A model generated the notes under the pieces. It did no database searches. It was given only the letters and a program-made list of their open reading frames with translations, and was not told where the DNA came from. A program made the position numbers and the translations under genes. From Felis catus (taxonomy: Eukaryota): a stretch of 64,000 nt of DNA. Positions 62,882 to 64,000 of this stretch are shown here, piece by piece. The stretch is taken from contig NC_058368.1 of NCBI RefSeq assembly GCF_018350175.1, positions 169,882,001-169,946,000 of the forward strand. The letters are read 5' to 3'. How positions within the stretch are numbered: position 1 is the first letter of the stretch; every line of letters starts with the position of its first letter.

Positions 62882-64000
62882 TTCATCACTGTTTTATAGC
62901 TTTTAGAGCACAGGTCTTTCACCTCCTTGGTCAAGTTTAGACCTAGGTGTTTTGTTCTTTTTGATGCAATTGTAAATGGAATTGTTCTCTTAATTTCTCT
63001 TTCTGCTACTTTGTTATTAGAAATGCAACAGATATGTGTGCATTTTGTATCCTGTGACCTTACTATTTTCATTTATCAGTTCTAGTGGTTTTTTTGATGG
63101 ACTTTTTAGGGTTTTCTATGTAGAGGATCATGTCATCTGCAAATAGTGAAAGTTTTACTTCTTCCTTACCAATTGGGATGCCTTCTTTTCCTTGTCTGAG
63201 TGCTGTGGCTAGAACTTCCAGTACTATGTTGAGTAAAAGTGGTGAGAGTGGACATCATTGTCTTGTTCCTGACCTCATGAGAGAAGCTCTCAGTTTTTTA
63301 CCACTGAGGATGATGTTACCTGTGGGTTTTCAGACATGGCCTTTATTATGTTGATGTATGTTCCCTCTTGACCTATTTTGTAGAAGATGTTTATGATAAA
63401 TTGATGATGTACTTGATGTCAAATGTAAATTGATGTCACTGGTCAATTGATGTCAAATGCTTTTTCTGCCTCTATTGAAAGGATCACATGGTTTTTACCT
63501 TTTGTCTCATTGACGTGATGAATCACCATTCATTTGTGAATATTGAACCACCCTTGCATCCAGGAATAAATCACACTTGATCATGGTGAATGATTTTTTA
63601 AATGTATTGTTGGACTCTGCTAATATTTTGTTGAGGATTTTTGCATCTATGTTCATCAAAGATAGTCGCCTGTATTTCTCTTTTTCTGTATCTTTATCTG
63701 ATTTTTGTATCAGGGAAATGCTGGTCTCATAGAATGAATTTGGAAATTTTCTTTCCTTTTCTATTTTGGGAATAGTTTAAGAAGAATAGATATGAACTCT
63801 TCTTTAAATGTTAGGTAGAATTCACCTGTGAAGCCATCTGGTCCTGGAATTTTGTTTGTTGGGAGTTTTTCATTACTGATTCAATTTCATTGCTGGTAAT
63901 CAGTCAGTTAAATTTTTCTGTTTCTTCCTGATTCACTTTCGAGTGGTGATATGTTTCTAGGTATGTATCCCTTTCTTCTAGGTTGTCCAGTTTGTTGGCA

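Larger units (their letters stand above)
60865..64000 (-). mobile_element. carnivore-type L1: 3'UTR and ORF2 (reverse transcriptase region), decayed, running off the window end
   Basis: Poly-T tail at ~60865; minus-strand ORF ...EREIKRTIPFTIASKRTKHLGLNLTKEVKDL...; RT motif LFADDMI at 63127-63146 (minus); frameshifts and stops. Confidence 0.96.

Noticed and set aside
60865..64000. Active L1 or intact reverse transcriptase
   Set aside because: ORF2 is broken into short ORFs and interrupted by a SINE.

Overview
Mammalian, felid (cat-family) genomic DNA, judged from thirteen Can-SINEs (two are young, CpG-rich SINEC_Fc copies) and a felid-type L1 3' end. I can support no protein-coding gene. The window looks intronic or intergenic and is dominated by layered interspersed repeats: L1, L2, MIR, MaLR (MLT1) and ERVL LTRs, and hAT DNA transposons (MER58A, MER20, MER63, MER5). 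The ORF-track entries are short chance ORFs, mostly inside repeats; only L1 ORF2 remnants at about 62.9-63.2 kb are recognisable. The most notable structures are: (1) a ~1.6-kb ORF-less L1-derived insert (5'UTR-like head, ~30-bp monomer array, L1 3' tail) nested in an older L1; (2) a 33-nt tailless U2 snRNA retrocopy with an 18-bp TSD; (3) a repeat-spacer-like 5-unit array amplified from a MER63 subterminal segment; (4) a twin-primed inverted L1; (5) two three-level nested insertions; (6) a few candidate + strand (micro)exons. Repeat family names come from recalled consensus sequences, not a database run, so subfamily calls and the boundaries of old repeats are approximate.
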